Source of the DNA: an uncultured virus (IMG/VR IMGVR_UViG_3300042894_002899)
Lineage: Duplodnaviria; Heunggongvirae; Uroviricota; Caudoviricetes
DNA: 64,000 nt
IMG/VR virus record: IMGVR_UViG_3300042894_002899
Coordinates: 1-64,000 of that record
Direction: 5' to 3' (one strand)
Part shown: piece after piece, positions 1 to 10,800 of the stretch
How the letters are laid out: every line of letters begins with the position of its first letter
Position numbering within the stretch: the first letter of the stretch is position 1
Position numbers and translations under genes: made by a program
Notes under the pieces: model-generated
What the model saw: only the letters and a program-made list of their open reading frames with translations
The model's database searches: none
Told to the model about the DNA's origin: nothing

Positions 1-12
1 AGAAAAAACTAT

Positions 13-1395
13 ATGGCGACAGGTAAAAATTTTGAGTATTTAGGTAATACTTTTCAATTACAATTATTAAATCAAATCATCGTAGACAAAGACTTTTCAC
101 ATTCAATTATTGATGTGATTGAGAACAATTATTTTGAAAACAAATACTTTAAAATAATCATTCAGATGATTAGAGAGTATTACGTAAAATACGACCACAC
201 CCCGTCGTTTGAAACTCTTGAACAAATTACAAAATCAGAACTCCAACAGGAGATCGCATCTAAGATTGTTATGGATACAATTAAGAAAATTAAGGATGCA
301 CCTATTGATGGCGTAGGTTTTGTACAAGAAAAAGCTTTAAAATTCTGTAAACAACAAGAACTACAAAAAGTAATGGGTAAGGCTCAAAAGATCATCGATG
401 GTGGTGAGTTTGAGAACTACGACACACTTGAAGAAATGGTTAAAACCGCTCTTCAGGTTGGAGCAAAAGACACTTCTATGTTAGACGTATTCTCCAACCT
501 TGAACAAGTTCTTGAAGATGATTACAGACATCCAGTTCCAATGGGAATACCAGGTATTGATAGATTATTGAAGGGTGGTTTGGCAAAAGGAGAAATTGGA
601 GTTATCTTAGCACCAACAGGTGTTGGTAAGTCAACTATCTTAACCAAGATGGCAAACCACGCATTTAATCTTGGATTTAACGTACTACAGATATTTTTTG
701 AAGACAACCCAAAGGTTATCCAAAGAAAACACTTCACTTTATGGACTAAGATTCATCCTGACGATTTGTCAGAAAAAAGAGATGAGGTAATGTCTAAAGT
801 TAGAGAAATTGAGGAGTCAATGCCAAATAAGTTGATTATGAAAAAGTTACCATCGGATACTATGACGATGTTACAAATCAAAAATCAAATTAGAAAAATG
901 GTTTCTGATGGGATTAAAGTTGATATGATCATTTTAGATTACATCGATTGTGTGGTACCTGATAAGAACTTAGGTGATGAATGGAAGAGTGAAGGGTCTG
1001 TAATGAGAGCATTTGAAGCAATGTGTCACGAGATGAATATTGTAGGATGGACCGCGACACAAGGTAACAGATCATCAATTTCATCAGAAGTGGTAACAAC
1101 AGATCAAATGGGTGGATCAATTAAAAAAGCTCAGGTGGGGCACGTAATTATATCGGTGGCTAAGACATTACAACAAAAAGAAATGAAGTTAGCAACCATT
1201 GCAATTACTAAATCAAGAATCGGTGATGATGGGGTCGTATTTGAAAATTGTAAATTCGATAACGCGATGATTGAAATTGATACTGAAAGTACAACAACGT
1301 TCTTAGGTCTTGAAGAACAGAAAGAAGAAAGACAAAGACAACGAGTTAAAGAACTCTTAGATAAGAGAAAACAACGAGAAACACAGTCAAATTAA
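13..1395 (+). CDS. dnaB: Replicative DNA helicase, DnaB / T4 gp41-like
   Basis: Walker A APTGVGKS, Walker B IILDYID, TATQGNR and KSRIG motifs of SF4 helicases. Confidence 0.92.
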   Translation: MATGKNFEYLGNTFQLQLLNQIIVDKDFSHSIIDVIENNYFENKYFKIIIQMIREYYVKYDHTPSFETLEQITKSELQQEIASKIVMDTIKKIKDAPIDGVGFVQEKALKFCKQQELQKVMGKAQKIIDGGEFENYDTLEEMVKTALQVGAKDTSMLDVFSNLEQVLEDDYRHPVPMGIPGIDRLLKGGLAKGEIGVILAPTGVGKSTILTKMANHAFNLGFNVLQIFFEDNPKVIQRKHFTLWTKIHPDDLSEKRDEVMSKVREIEESMPNKLIMKKLPSDTMTMLQIKNQIRKMVSDGIKVDMIILDYIDCVVPDKNLGDEWKSEGSVMRAFEAMCHEMNIVGWTATQGNRSSISSEVVTTDQMGGSIKKAQVGHVIISVAKTLQQKEMKLATIAITKSRIGDDGVVFENCKFDNAMIEIDTESTTTFLGLEEQKEERQRQRVKELLDKRKQRETQSN

Positions 1396-1416
1396 CAAAT
1401 AAGTAAATTATAATAA

Positions 1417-2364
1417 ATGGAAAAAATACTAGTAGAAAATCCTGGTCGATTCGTCATCTTCCCTATTGAACACAACGATATATGGGAATATTACAAACAA
1501 CACCAAGCTGCTTTTTGGACAGCTGAAGAGGTGGATTTAACAAACGACATCAGAGATTGGGAAACATTAACTGATAATGAGAAATACTTCATCAAAAATG
1601 TATTATCATTTTTTGCGGCATCAGACGGGATTGTGAATGAAAACTTGGCAGAAAACTTCTACCGAGAAGTACAATACCCTGAGGCGAAATTCTTTTATGG
1701 AATCCAATTGGCGATGGAAAACATCCACTCACTTATGTACTCACTTTTGATTGACACATACATTAACAACCCGAAAGAGAAAGATGAATGTTTCAATGCA
1801 ATCGATAGATTACCTGCAGTTCAGAAAAAAGCTAAATGGGCATTGGATTGGATTGAAAACGCATCGTTCGCAGAAAGATTAGTTGCGTTCGCAGCGGTCG
1901 AAGGTATCTTTTTTTCAGGATCGTTCTGTTCCATATTTTGGATGAAATCAAGAGGAATAATGCAAGGTTTGTGTAATGCTAACACACTTATCTTTAAAGA
2001 TGAGAACTTACACTGTGATTTTGCAATCCACTTATTGAATAACCACTTGGAAAATAAACCTTCAGAGAAAAGAATCAAAGAGATTGTATTATCTGCTCTT
2101 GAGATTGAAAAGGAATTTATCACAGAATCACTTCCAGTTTCACTAATAGGGATGAACTCAAACCTTATGAAACAATACCTTGAATTTGTGGTTGACGGAT
2201 TACTCGTTAAGATGGGTTGTGGTAAACAATTCAATGTTGAACAACCGTTCAAATTCATGGAGCAAATTGCTGTTGAAACAAAAGGTAATTTCTTTGAGTC
2301 CAGAACTATGGAATATCAGAAGGCGAAATTGAACGAAACAATAACATTTACAGACGACTTTTAA
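1417..2364 (+). CDS. nrdB: Ribonucleotide reductase class Ia beta subunit
   Basis: [30 protein letters not shown] (radical Tyr), [15 protein letters not shown]. Confidence 0.97.
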   Translation: MEKILVENPGRFVIFPIEHNDIWEYYKQHQAAFWTAEEVDLTNDIRDWETLTDNEKYFIKNVLSFFAASDGIVNENLAENFYREVQYPEAKFFYGIQLAMENIHSLMYSLLIDTYINNPKEKDECFNAIDRLPAVQKKAKWALDWIENASFAERLVAFAAVEGIFFSGSFCSIFWMKSRGIMQGLCNANTLIFKDENLHCDFAIHLLNNHLENKPSEKRIKEIVLSALEIEKEFITESLPVSLIGMNSNLMKQYLEFVVDGLLVKMGCGKQFNVEQPFKFMEQIAVETKGNFFESRTMEYQKAKLNETITFTDDF

Positions 2365-2373
2365 ATTTAGATT

Positions 2374-4803
2374 ATGTCATTAAAAATTATTAAACGAGGT
2401 GGTGAGATTGTATCATTTAACCCACAAAAAATTTACAACAGAGTTAAAAGATCTGCAAAAGGTTTAAACGTAAATTCGGATGAGATCTTCATTAAGGTTA
2501 TTACTTCAGTACCAACTGAGGGTGAAATAACAACTAAGGAACTTGATAAGTTAGTTAACGAGATTGCGGCGTCTTATACCGGTAGTCACCATGATTACTC
2601 AAGATTGGCCGCTTCAGTTGCAATATCTTCTTACCATAAGGAAACAAATGATAGTTTCTCACAAACAATGATGGAACTTTATAAGGATGGTATTATCAAC
2701 GAAAAACTTATTGAAACAATTAAAGAGTATGGTGAGGATACAATCGATGCTGTGATCAATCACGAAAACGATTATAACTTTGACTATTTTGCTTGGAGAT
2801 CTTTACAAGAAATGTATTTGTTGAAGAAACCAACTGGTAAAGTAATCGAAAGACCACAACATATGTATATGAGAGTCGCATTGTGGGTAACAACAAACAT
2901 TACTGATGCTTTTGAATACTATAAATCGTTATCAGATCAGTTAATTTCAAAGGCAACACCTATCATGATTAACGCGGGAACAAAAGTTCCACAGTTAGCG
3001 TCTTGTGTATTACACTATAACGATGCTGACTCAAGAAAAGGTTTATTGGATACCTTAACAGATATATCTACATTTTCTTCAGACGCTGCGGGTATCGGAC
3101 TTTCTATGTCTAACATCCGTAGTAAAGAAAGTAGAATCTCAAGTTCAGGTGGTTATGCCGGTGGACTATTAAAATACCTTAAGATTGTGAATGAGTCACT
3201 TAGATTCTTTAATCAACAAGGTCGTAGACCTGGTTCAGCCGCAATCTATCTTGAACCATGGCACAAAGACATCTTTGATCTTTTGGATATTAAAAAGAAT
3301 ACAGGTGCTGAAGAACTAAGAGCTCGTGATTTATTTACATCATTATGGCTTCCCGATAATTTCATGAGAGCAGTTAAAAATAACGGTGATTGGTATTTGT
3401 TCTGTCCTAATGATATTAAAAAGTCGGGTCTTAAACCATTACAAGAGTGTTATGGTGATGAATATGAGTCTGTATATAATAAGGCAGTTGAATTAGGTCT
3501 TGGTAAAAAAGTTAAAGCTCAGGATATTTGGACCAAAGTTATTGAATCGCAAGTTGAAACTGGTGTTCCATACTTATGTTCTAAGGATAATGCCAATAAA
3601 AAGACTAATCATCAAAATATTGGGGTTATTAAACAATCTAACCTTTGTAATGAAATCTACCAATACACAGATGAGGAAACAACAGCAATCTGTACGTTAT
3701 CATCTATGGTTTTGAAAAACTTTATCAAATCAGGAAAATTTGATTTTGAACTGTTATACAATGAAGTTAAAAAGGTTGTTAGATCTTTAAACAAAGTTGT
3801 GGACATCAACAACTACTCAACAGAAAAAGGTAGAAAAGGTGGGTTAGAACAAAGAGCAATTGCAATTGGAACTCAAGGTTTAGCGGACGTATTCTATTTA
3901 ATGGATTACATCTTCACATCAGAAGAAGCGAAACAATTAAATAGAGACATTTTTGAAACAATCTATTACGCGGCAATCTACGAAAGTAACCAATTGTGTA
4001 AAGATGGAAAATACGAACCCTACAAATTCTTCAAAGGGTCACCAATGTCACAAGGGACATTCCAGTTCGATATGTGGAATGTGGATGAGTCAAACTTATC
4101 AGGAATGTGGGATTGGAGTAAATTAAAGAAAAGTGTTATGGAGTATGGTGTATGTAATTCACTATTCACGGCACAAATGCCAGTGGCGTCTTCAGCTAAA
4201 ATCACAGGTTCTTATGAAATGACTGAACCAGCTCACTCGGCAATCTTTAACAGACGAGTAGTTGGTGGTGAGATCATGATTGTAAACAAATACTTAATTG
4301 CTGACTTTGAAAAGATAGGTATATGGTCTGAGGATTTGAAAAATGAAATCATTATGAATGAAGGATCAATTCAAAATATTAACTTTAATAATTACTTAGA
4401 CCCTGAGGATAAGATTTACAATAAGAAAGTGAAACGAATTGAACACTTAATACCTAAGTATAAAACAATTTGGGAGATTTCACAAAAACAACTTATCGAT
4501 ATGGCTGCAGATAGAGCACCATTTATAGATCAATCACAATCTATGAATATCTACATGTCTAACCCAACATTATCAAAGATTACATCATCACATTTTCACT
4601 CTTGGGAAAGTGGTTTGAAAACACTTTGTTATTATGTTAGAACTAAGGCAATATCAACAGGGGCAAAACATTTAGCAATGGATATCTCTAAAAAAAATAA
4701 ACCAAGAGTAACACCTGAACCACCAAAGGTTGATTATACAAATATGAATTTACCACCAAAACCTGAGAATTCTGATTTTGAATGTTTTGGATGTTCATCT
4801 TAA
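2374..4803 (+). CDS. nrdA: Ribonucleotide reductase class Ia alpha subunit with N-terminal ATP cone
   Basis: IIKRGG ATP-cone start, QLASC, SNLCNEI active site, LKTLCYY, C-terminal CFGCSS. Confidence 0.97.
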   Translation: MSLKIIKRGGEIVSFNPQKIYNRVKRSAKGLNVNSDEIFIKVITSVPTEGEITTKELDKLVNEIAASYTGSHHDYSRLAASVAISSYHKETNDSFSQTMMELYKDGIINEKLIETIKEYGEDTIDAVINHENDYNFDYFAWRSLQEMYLLKKPTGKVIERPQHMYMRVALWVTTNITDAFEYYKSLSDQLISKATPIMINAGTKVPQLASCVLHYNDADSRKGLLDTLTDISTFSSDAAGIGLSMSNIRSKESRISSSGGYAGGLLKYLKIVNESLRFFNQQGRRPGSAAIYLEPWHKDIFDLLDIKKNTGAEELRARDLFTSLWLPDNFMRAVKNNGDWYLFCPNDIKKSGLKPLQECYGDEYESVYNKAVELGLGKKVKAQDIWTKVIESQVETGVPYLCSKDNANKKTNHQNIGVIKQSNLCNEIYQYTDEETTAICTLSSMVLKNFIKSGKFDFELLYNEVKKVVRSLNKVVDINNYSTEKGRKGGLEQRAIAIGTQGLADVFYLMDYIFTSEEAKQLNRDIFETIYYAAIYESNQLCKDGKYEPYKFFKGSPMSQGTFQFDMWNVDESNLSGMWDWSKLKKSVMEYGVCNSLFTAQMPVASSAKITGSYEMTEPAHSAIFNRRVVGGEIMIVNKYLIADFEKIGIWSEDLKNEIIMNEGSIQNINFNNYLDPEDKIYNKKVKRIEHLIPKYKTIWEISQKQLIDMAADRAPFIDQSQSMNIYMSNPTLSKITSSHFHSWESGLKTLCYYVRTKAISTGAKHLAMDISKKNKPRVTPEPPKVDYTNMNLPPKPENSDFECFGCSS

Positions 4804-4841
4804 AAAAAAAGAAATCACGATTTATTCGTGATTTTTTTTTT
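4802..4841. terminator. Intrinsic terminator after nrdA (bidirectional-looking)
   Basis: AAATCACGA / TCGTGATTT stem flanked by A and T tracts. Confidence 0.8.
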
Positions 4842-4849
4842 GTTGTTGA

Positions 4850-4856
4850 TATTTAT
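4850..4856 (+). promoter_or_regulatory. TATTTAT putative late promoter element (representative of 18 oriented copies)
   Basis: Same heptamer lies 5-30 nt upstream of the ATG of 18 genes, always in gene orientation (listed in findings). Confidence 0.7.
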
Positions 4857-4870
4857 AAATAAAAATTATC

Positions 4871-5359
4871 ATGAAAAAAGTAATTAAACTAACTGAAAGA
4901 GATCTTACTAATATTGTCGCTAAAGTGATAAGAGAAGAACAAAAAAGTAAAAAGAGCCTTAATGAAGGTGTATTATTAACTTTAGGTGGACTTGCACTTG
5001 GTGGGGCTGTAATTAAAAAAGCATACGATTATATAAAAAACAGACAACTTAAAAATAATATGTCTGAGACAGGTAACGTTAAAAAATCGAAAGATGGTAA
5101 ATTTACCATGAAAGAATATGAAGACAATGAGTCTGGTGAAACGTTTTGGGGTGTTGATGTAACTGACCACACTAGAGGTGAAGGATATGAGGAGAGACGA
5201 GTTTTATTATTTAAAAACGATCCTGAAAGAATTGAAAAAATCTTAAATTCCGAAGTTAAACATGATTATTCTGATGAGGCGTATATGACAGATGGATACG
5301 AAGACATGTTCGGACAATTCAAATCCGACAAACGAATTGATTTAGATATCGAAGATTAA
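4871..5359 (+). CDS. Hypothetical protein with KLTERDL..IVxKVIREE leader; putative virion internal protein
   Basis: ORF with own TATTTAT and terminators on both sides; leader, then SLNE, then a hydrophobic helix. Confidence 0.7.
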   Translation: MKKVIKLTERDLTNIVAKVIREEQKSKKSLNEGVLLTLGGLALGGAVIKKAYDYIKNRQLKNNMSETGNVKKSKDGKFTMKEYEDNESGETFWGVDVTDHTRGEGYEERRVLLFKNDPERIEKILNSEVKHDYSDEAYMTDGYEDMFGQFKSDKRIDLDIED

Positions 5360-5362
5360 TCC

Positions 5363-5395
5363 AAAACCCTCCCCAAAAAGGAGGGTTTTTTATTT
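5363..5395 (+). terminator. Intrinsic terminator
   Basis: AAAACCCTCC / GGAGGGTTTT stem followed by T tract. Confidence 0.85.
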
Positions 5396-5443
5396 CCATA
5401 AATTTTTTACTTAAAAAAAACTGAACTTATATTTATATGTGAT

Positions 5444-5902
5444 ATGGCAAATGGTATTACATATGGTATTTCTTTCCCCTTCGTTGACTCATTCACAGGT
5501 AGATACTTGGATGTTACAAATTCAACAGAAGGCGAAGTAAGATCAAGTTTGGTTCACTTAATTCTAACAAGAAAAGGGTCAAGATATTTCTTACCTGATT
5601 TCGGAACTCGTTTATATGAGTTTATTTTTGAACCTCTTGATGGTCCTACATTTTCAGATATAGAATCTGAAATACGAGATACTATTGGTAACTACATGCC
5701 GAACTTACAAGTAACCAATATAACAGTAGAACCAGCATCTGCAGGTTTAGAAGATAAGGGTGAAACAATTAATCAATACGGTGAAAGAGAATTTAGGGTT
5801 ACTAATATTGCTCAATTAGAACACACAGCAAGAATCAAAATAGATTATAGAATAACAGATTCCGCTTTTGAATCTAGTGATTTTATCATTATCAATATTT
5901 AA
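5444..5902 (+). CDS. Baseplate wedge protein, gp25/GpW-like
   Basis: LILTRKGSRYFLPDFGTRLYEFIFEP matches the gp25 family pattern. Confidence 0.85.
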   Translation: MANGITYGISFPFVDSFTGRYLDVTNSTEGEVRSSLVHLILTRKGSRYFLPDFGTRLYEFIFEPLDGPTFSDIESEIRDTIGNYMPNLQVTNITVEPASAGLEDKGETINQYGEREFRVTNIAQLEHTARIKIDYRITDSAFESSDFIIINI

Positions 5903-5908
5903 TAGTAT

Positions 5909-7750
5909 ATGGCAGAAAAGAAAATATCTTACACGGTCCGAGATTTTCAAGGAGTAAGAACGGAGTTAATTAACTTTACAAGAACCTATTACCCTGATTT
6001 AGTTCAAAACTTTAATGATGCGGGTATTTTCTCTGTTATGTTAGATTTAAATGCTGCAGTAACAGATAACTTAAACTTTCAGATTGATAGGAGTATACAA
6101 GAAACTGTACTACAGTTTGCACAACAAAAGAATTCAGTATATAATATTGCAAGAACTTACGGATTAAAAATACCAGGTCAAAGACCATCAGTTGCTTTGG
6201 TTGATTTCTCAATCACGGTTCCGGCTTTTGGTGATAGAGAAGACTTAAGATATTGTGGTGTTTTAAGAAGAGGATCTCAGGTTAATGGAGCTGGACAACC
6301 ATTTGAAACGGTATATGATATTGATTTTGCGTCACCAATAAATGCTGAAGGATCACCAAATAGAGTAAAGATACCTAACTTTGATTCAAGTGGTAAACTA
6401 ATTAACTACACAATTGTTAAAAGAGAAGTTGTTGTTAATGGTATTACTAAAGTGTATAAGAGAGTTATTACTGCTAACGATGCTAGACCTTATTTAGAAT
6501 TATTCTTACCTGAGAAAAATGTTTTGGGTATAACAAGTGTTTTATTAAAACAAGGAACACAATACTCAACAATACCTCAACCACAAGAGTTTATTACAGT
6601 AGGACCTGATAGATGGTTCGAAGTTGATGCTTTAGTACAAGACAGAGTCTTTATTGAGGACCCAACTAAAGTTTCAGATCAACCTGGTATTAAGGTTGGT
6701 AGATATATAACAACATCTAACAAATTCATATCCGAATATACACCTGAAGGTTTCTGTAAAATGACTTTTGGTGGTGGAAATATATCAGCAGAAGAACAAT
6801 TAAGAGAATTCGCTCGTGATGGTAAAGGTTTTGATTTAAGTAGATATACAAACAATTATGCGATGGGTGCGGCTTTGACACCTAATACAACACTATTTGT
6901 TCAGTATAGAATTGGTGGTGGGTTATCAAGTAATTTAGGTATTAACACTATCAATCAGATCGGTACCGTGTCATTTGCGGTAAACGGTCCTTCAGATTCA
7001 GTTAATAGAAGTGTTATTAATAGTTTGCAGTGTAATAACGTAACCGCAGCAATTGGGGGTGCGAACATACCAACAACTGAAGATGTTAGAAACATGGTCG
7101 CATTTAACTTTGCAGCACAAAACAGAGCTGTTACGGTAAATGACTACAACTCAATCATAAGAACAATGCCTTCTCAGTTTGGTGCACCTGCTAAAGTTGC
7201 AATCACAGAAGAAAATAATAAGATAAAAATTAAAATGTTATCTTACGACACAAGTGGTAGTTTGACAAATGTTATATCAAACACACTTAAACAAAATGTT
7301 GCCAATTACCTATCCAACTTTAGGATGATAAATGACTATATCTCAATTGAGGCTGCGGAAACAATTGACCTATCGGTAACTGTTGACGTTGTATTAGATA
7401 ATAGTCAGAATCAAGGTGCGGTGATTGCCAAAGTGATTCAGCAGGTGAGTGAATTCTTTAACCCGTTGGTTCGAGAATTAGGTCAGAACGTTAATATATC
7501 TGAATTAAGGAGAATACTACAATCGGAAAATGGTATTGTAAGTGTGTCTGATGTTCTATTCTTTAACCAAGTTGGAGGTCAGTATTCATCAGCACAAACA
7601 TCGATGCCGTATTCAGATCCATTAACAAGACAGATCCAACCAACGGCTGATACTATATTCGCAACACCAACCCAAACTTACCAAATTAGATACCCAAACA
7701 AGGATATTAATGTAAGGGTATTGAACTTAAAATCGGTAAACTTCTCTTAG
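5909..7750 (+). CDS. Baseplate wedge protein, T4 gp6 / P2 gpJ-like
   Basis: RDFQGVRTELI N-terminus, YRIGGG..SN, AAIGGA, QNRAVTVNDY; follows gp25-like gene. Confidence 0.85.
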   Translation: MAEKKISYTVRDFQGVRTELINFTRTYYPDLVQNFNDAGIFSVMLDLNAAVTDNLNFQIDRSIQETVLQFAQQKNSVYNIARTYGLKIPGQRPSVALVDFSITVPAFGDREDLRYCGVLRRGSQVNGAGQPFETVYDIDFASPINAEGSPNRVKIPNFDSSGKLINYTIVKREVVVNGITKVYKRVITANDARPYLELFLPEKNVLGITSVLLKQGTQYSTIPQPQEFITVGPDRWFEVDALVQDRVFIEDPTKVSDQPGIKVGRYITTSNKFISEYTPEGFCKMTFGGGNISAEEQLREFARDGKGFDLSRYTNNYAMGAALTPNTTLFVQYRIGGGLSSNLGINTINQIGTVSFAVNGPSDSVNRSVINSLQCNNVTAAIGGANIPTTEDVRNMVAFNFAAQNRAVTVNDYNSIIRTMPSQFGAPAKVAITEENNKIKIKMLSYDTSGSLTNVISNTLKQNVANYLSNFRMINDYISIEAAETIDLSVTVDVVLDNSQNQGAVIAKVIQQVSEFFNPLVRELGQNVNISELRRILQSENGIVSVSDVLFFNQVGGQYSSAQTSMPYSDPLTRQIQPTADTIFATPTQTYQIRYPNKDINVRVLNLKSVNFS

Positions 7751-7826
7751 TAATTTATTTTTCTCAAAATAAGATTATTTTTTCTAAAATAGGAAATAAA
7801 CTATTTATGAAAAAACGAAATCTTTA

Positions 7827-10800
7827 ATGCCCAAATCATATAGAATAAGAACCGAAGTTGGTGTTGACAAATACATTAACGTCAATTTAGAACAAGATTG
7901 GGAATCTTTGGAAGTATTATCCTTAAAGATTCTTGCTAATGATTTATACACAAGGATGTGTGCTGATTACGGTGTTGTAGTTGGTCGTGTTTTTGTTAAT
8001 AACGGGTTTGGTTTACCAAACGCAAAAGTTTCCGTGTTTATCCCTTTGGATGATGCGGATGAAGTTGATCCCGTTATATCAGAGTTATACCCTTACAGAA
8101 CGATTACGGATACTAATGAAGAAGGTTACAGGTATAACTTACTTCCTAAATTACCATCATATCGAGGACACCAATCTACAGGTACATTCCCAAATGTGGG
8201 TGATGTATTAATGGATGAGTCATATATTGAGGTTTATGACAAATACTACAGATTTACCGTAACAACAAATGAAAGTGGTGACTTTATGATCTTTGGTGTA
8301 CCAACTGGTACCCAAACTATTGTAATGGATGTCGACCTTTCAGATATAGGTTGTTTCTCATTAGCGCCACAAGACTTAATCCAACAAGGACTTGCAACTG
8401 AAACTCAAGTTAACGGATCCACATTTAAAACCTCAACTAACTTAAGAGAATTACCACAAATTAAAAACTTGGTATTTGATGTGGATGTTGCACCATTTTG
8501 GGGTGACCAAGATTTATGTCAAGTTGGAATTACAAGAGTAGATTTCGATTTAACAAAACAAGCAAACATTAATATCCAACCTACGTCAATCTTTATGGGA
8601 TCAATTATCTCAACAACAAATGACGATGCGTTAAAGGTGGGTTGTAAACCTAAAAATAATACAGGTAACTTATGTGAATTAGTTTCAGGACCTGGCGAAA
8701 TACAGGCGATTAGACATACGATCAATTCTGATGAAAATGGTTTACCGATATTAGAAGTTTATCAAGTAGAACAAGAAGGGAAAGTTATTGATCCTGACGG
8801 TACATATGTACTCAACGTTCCGATGAACCTGGATTACGTATTCACTAATGAATTCGGAGAACAAGTATTGTCAGACGACCCAAGTAAAGGGATACCAACG
8901 AAGGGTAAATATAGATTTAAGTTCAAGTGGCAAAACGAAGAAGGACTACAAAATAGCTTCCAAAGGGCAAATTTCTTGGTACCTAATATTAAAGAATATG
9001 GATGGTCAAATTCTGCGAATGATCCATTTGATCAAGCAACACAATCATATACCTATCAAATATCTGCGGGTGCGATATCAGGTGTGACTCAAATACAATC
9101 ATTTGGTTTTGATGCTGGTATTTCATTAGATAATGCAATAAACAGCTCGTCATATGAGGTATATTTAAATGGGGTTGAATATACAGGATCACTTAATTCA
9201 ATACCGTTTAACATTGGTGATACAATACAAATTGTTGGTACGCCAATTAATCCTAACGTAACTCAAGACTTTTCGTTTACGGTTTATCCTGAAACATTAT
9301 TTAATTTATTAAAATCTTACGCATTTAGTTTAGATTGGGATGATTATGTCAATCCCCAAGAAGCGATTGATTGTGAGGATACATTCTACGAATTCAAGTA
9401 CAATAAGGTATATACGACTGCCATGTTCTTAGATAGATACAAGAACGGTATTGGTAGAGCAAAACATTTAGGTATAAAAGAAATTGATAACAGATCGTGT
9501 AAGTCTACCGTAAATACATTCCCTGTGAATGATATTATACGAAACTTTGATCCGATATTCTTCGTATTCAATATACTAATTAATATTCTAACATTTCCAA
9601 TATTAGTTTTATTATTTGTTGCTCACTTTATTTCGTTTATTTGGCCAATACTAAAATATGTGTTGATAGTGTTGAGTATTTACTTAACTTATGACGCCGC
9701 GGTTGCATTATTTAATGCAATTCAAAGTGGTATACAATTAATAAGTGCGGGAGCAGGGGTTTTCCAAGTGGGTCTTGGTGTTACTGTTAACGTTGGTTTT
9801 ATTTTGGAGGGTATACGTTTAATTTTCGCAGGTATATTCCTAATTGCCGCGGCAACATTTAAACTTATACTAGCCGCAGCATTTTTAGCTTTTGCGGTTG
9901 TGGCGGCAATTAAAGTTAAAGGGTTCCCAAGAATTGCATTACCTATGATTGCATATCCTGATTGTACAAGTTGTGATTGTGATTGTGGAAATGCGGAACA
10001 AGATGATAATTTTGACATTAATAGTGTTAATGATGAACTTGAGGCTGCGGCTCAAACAGGTGGAAGTAGTTTTTATGATACAACATTAGTACCATCTCTT
10101 AGTATTATCGCACCTGTAAACTCAGCAGGATCTTACGAAATAGAGCATCCTAATTTAGTCGGACCCAATGATGACCCAACTCAAGATGAATACCAGTGTG
10201 GTGGAATAGGGCCATATAAAAACTTAGCTAATTTAATAGGTGATGAAGATATTAGTCAAAATTTAGCGGTTCAAGCGTCTTTAGATTTGGCTAGAGTCAT
10301 TTCAGGATACGATGTACTATCATCAACTAATCCTAACCGTCTATATGTTAATGAACAATATCTACTACACGCACCACAACCTTTTTTATGGTCTGCGGAT
10401 AAACAATTATTCCCAACCTATGACCTTGTTGCAGACGCTAGATATTTTGCATACCCACTATCTAAAACTTTCCCACAACAGCTAAACGACTTCAATACAA
10501 GAGATAAATATTTTAATTTTGGAGGGGCTGTTAATCAAATTAAAACTACTGTTAACCCAAGTCTAGGGTCCGAATTTTTCTTGGATCAAGTTGTGGTAAT
10601 TTTGATGAGTGCCGGTGCGACAAGTCAAATAGGTGTAGGTAATGTTTGCTCATTCCAAAATCCTAACTATTTGGATACTCAGTCATCCAATCGTCTGTTA
10701 AACTTAACAGGTGCGACACTTAACCAATTCGGTACAAATTCAATTACAGGTACAACGTTAATTGGTAATTCAGTTCCAAGTCAAATAAGTTATGCGAACC

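Noticed and set aside
1417..4803. Eukaryotic or giant-virus origin suggested by eukaryote-like RNR, LRR, SAP and DnaJ
   Set aside because: Bacterial sigma factor, intrinsic terminators, coupled operons and contractile baseplate genes indicate a bacteriophage; this RNR subtype also occurs in Bacteroidota
13..4803. Introns or inteins in helicase or RNR
   Set aside because: ORFs are continuous and of normal length, with no intein or homing-endonuclease motifs
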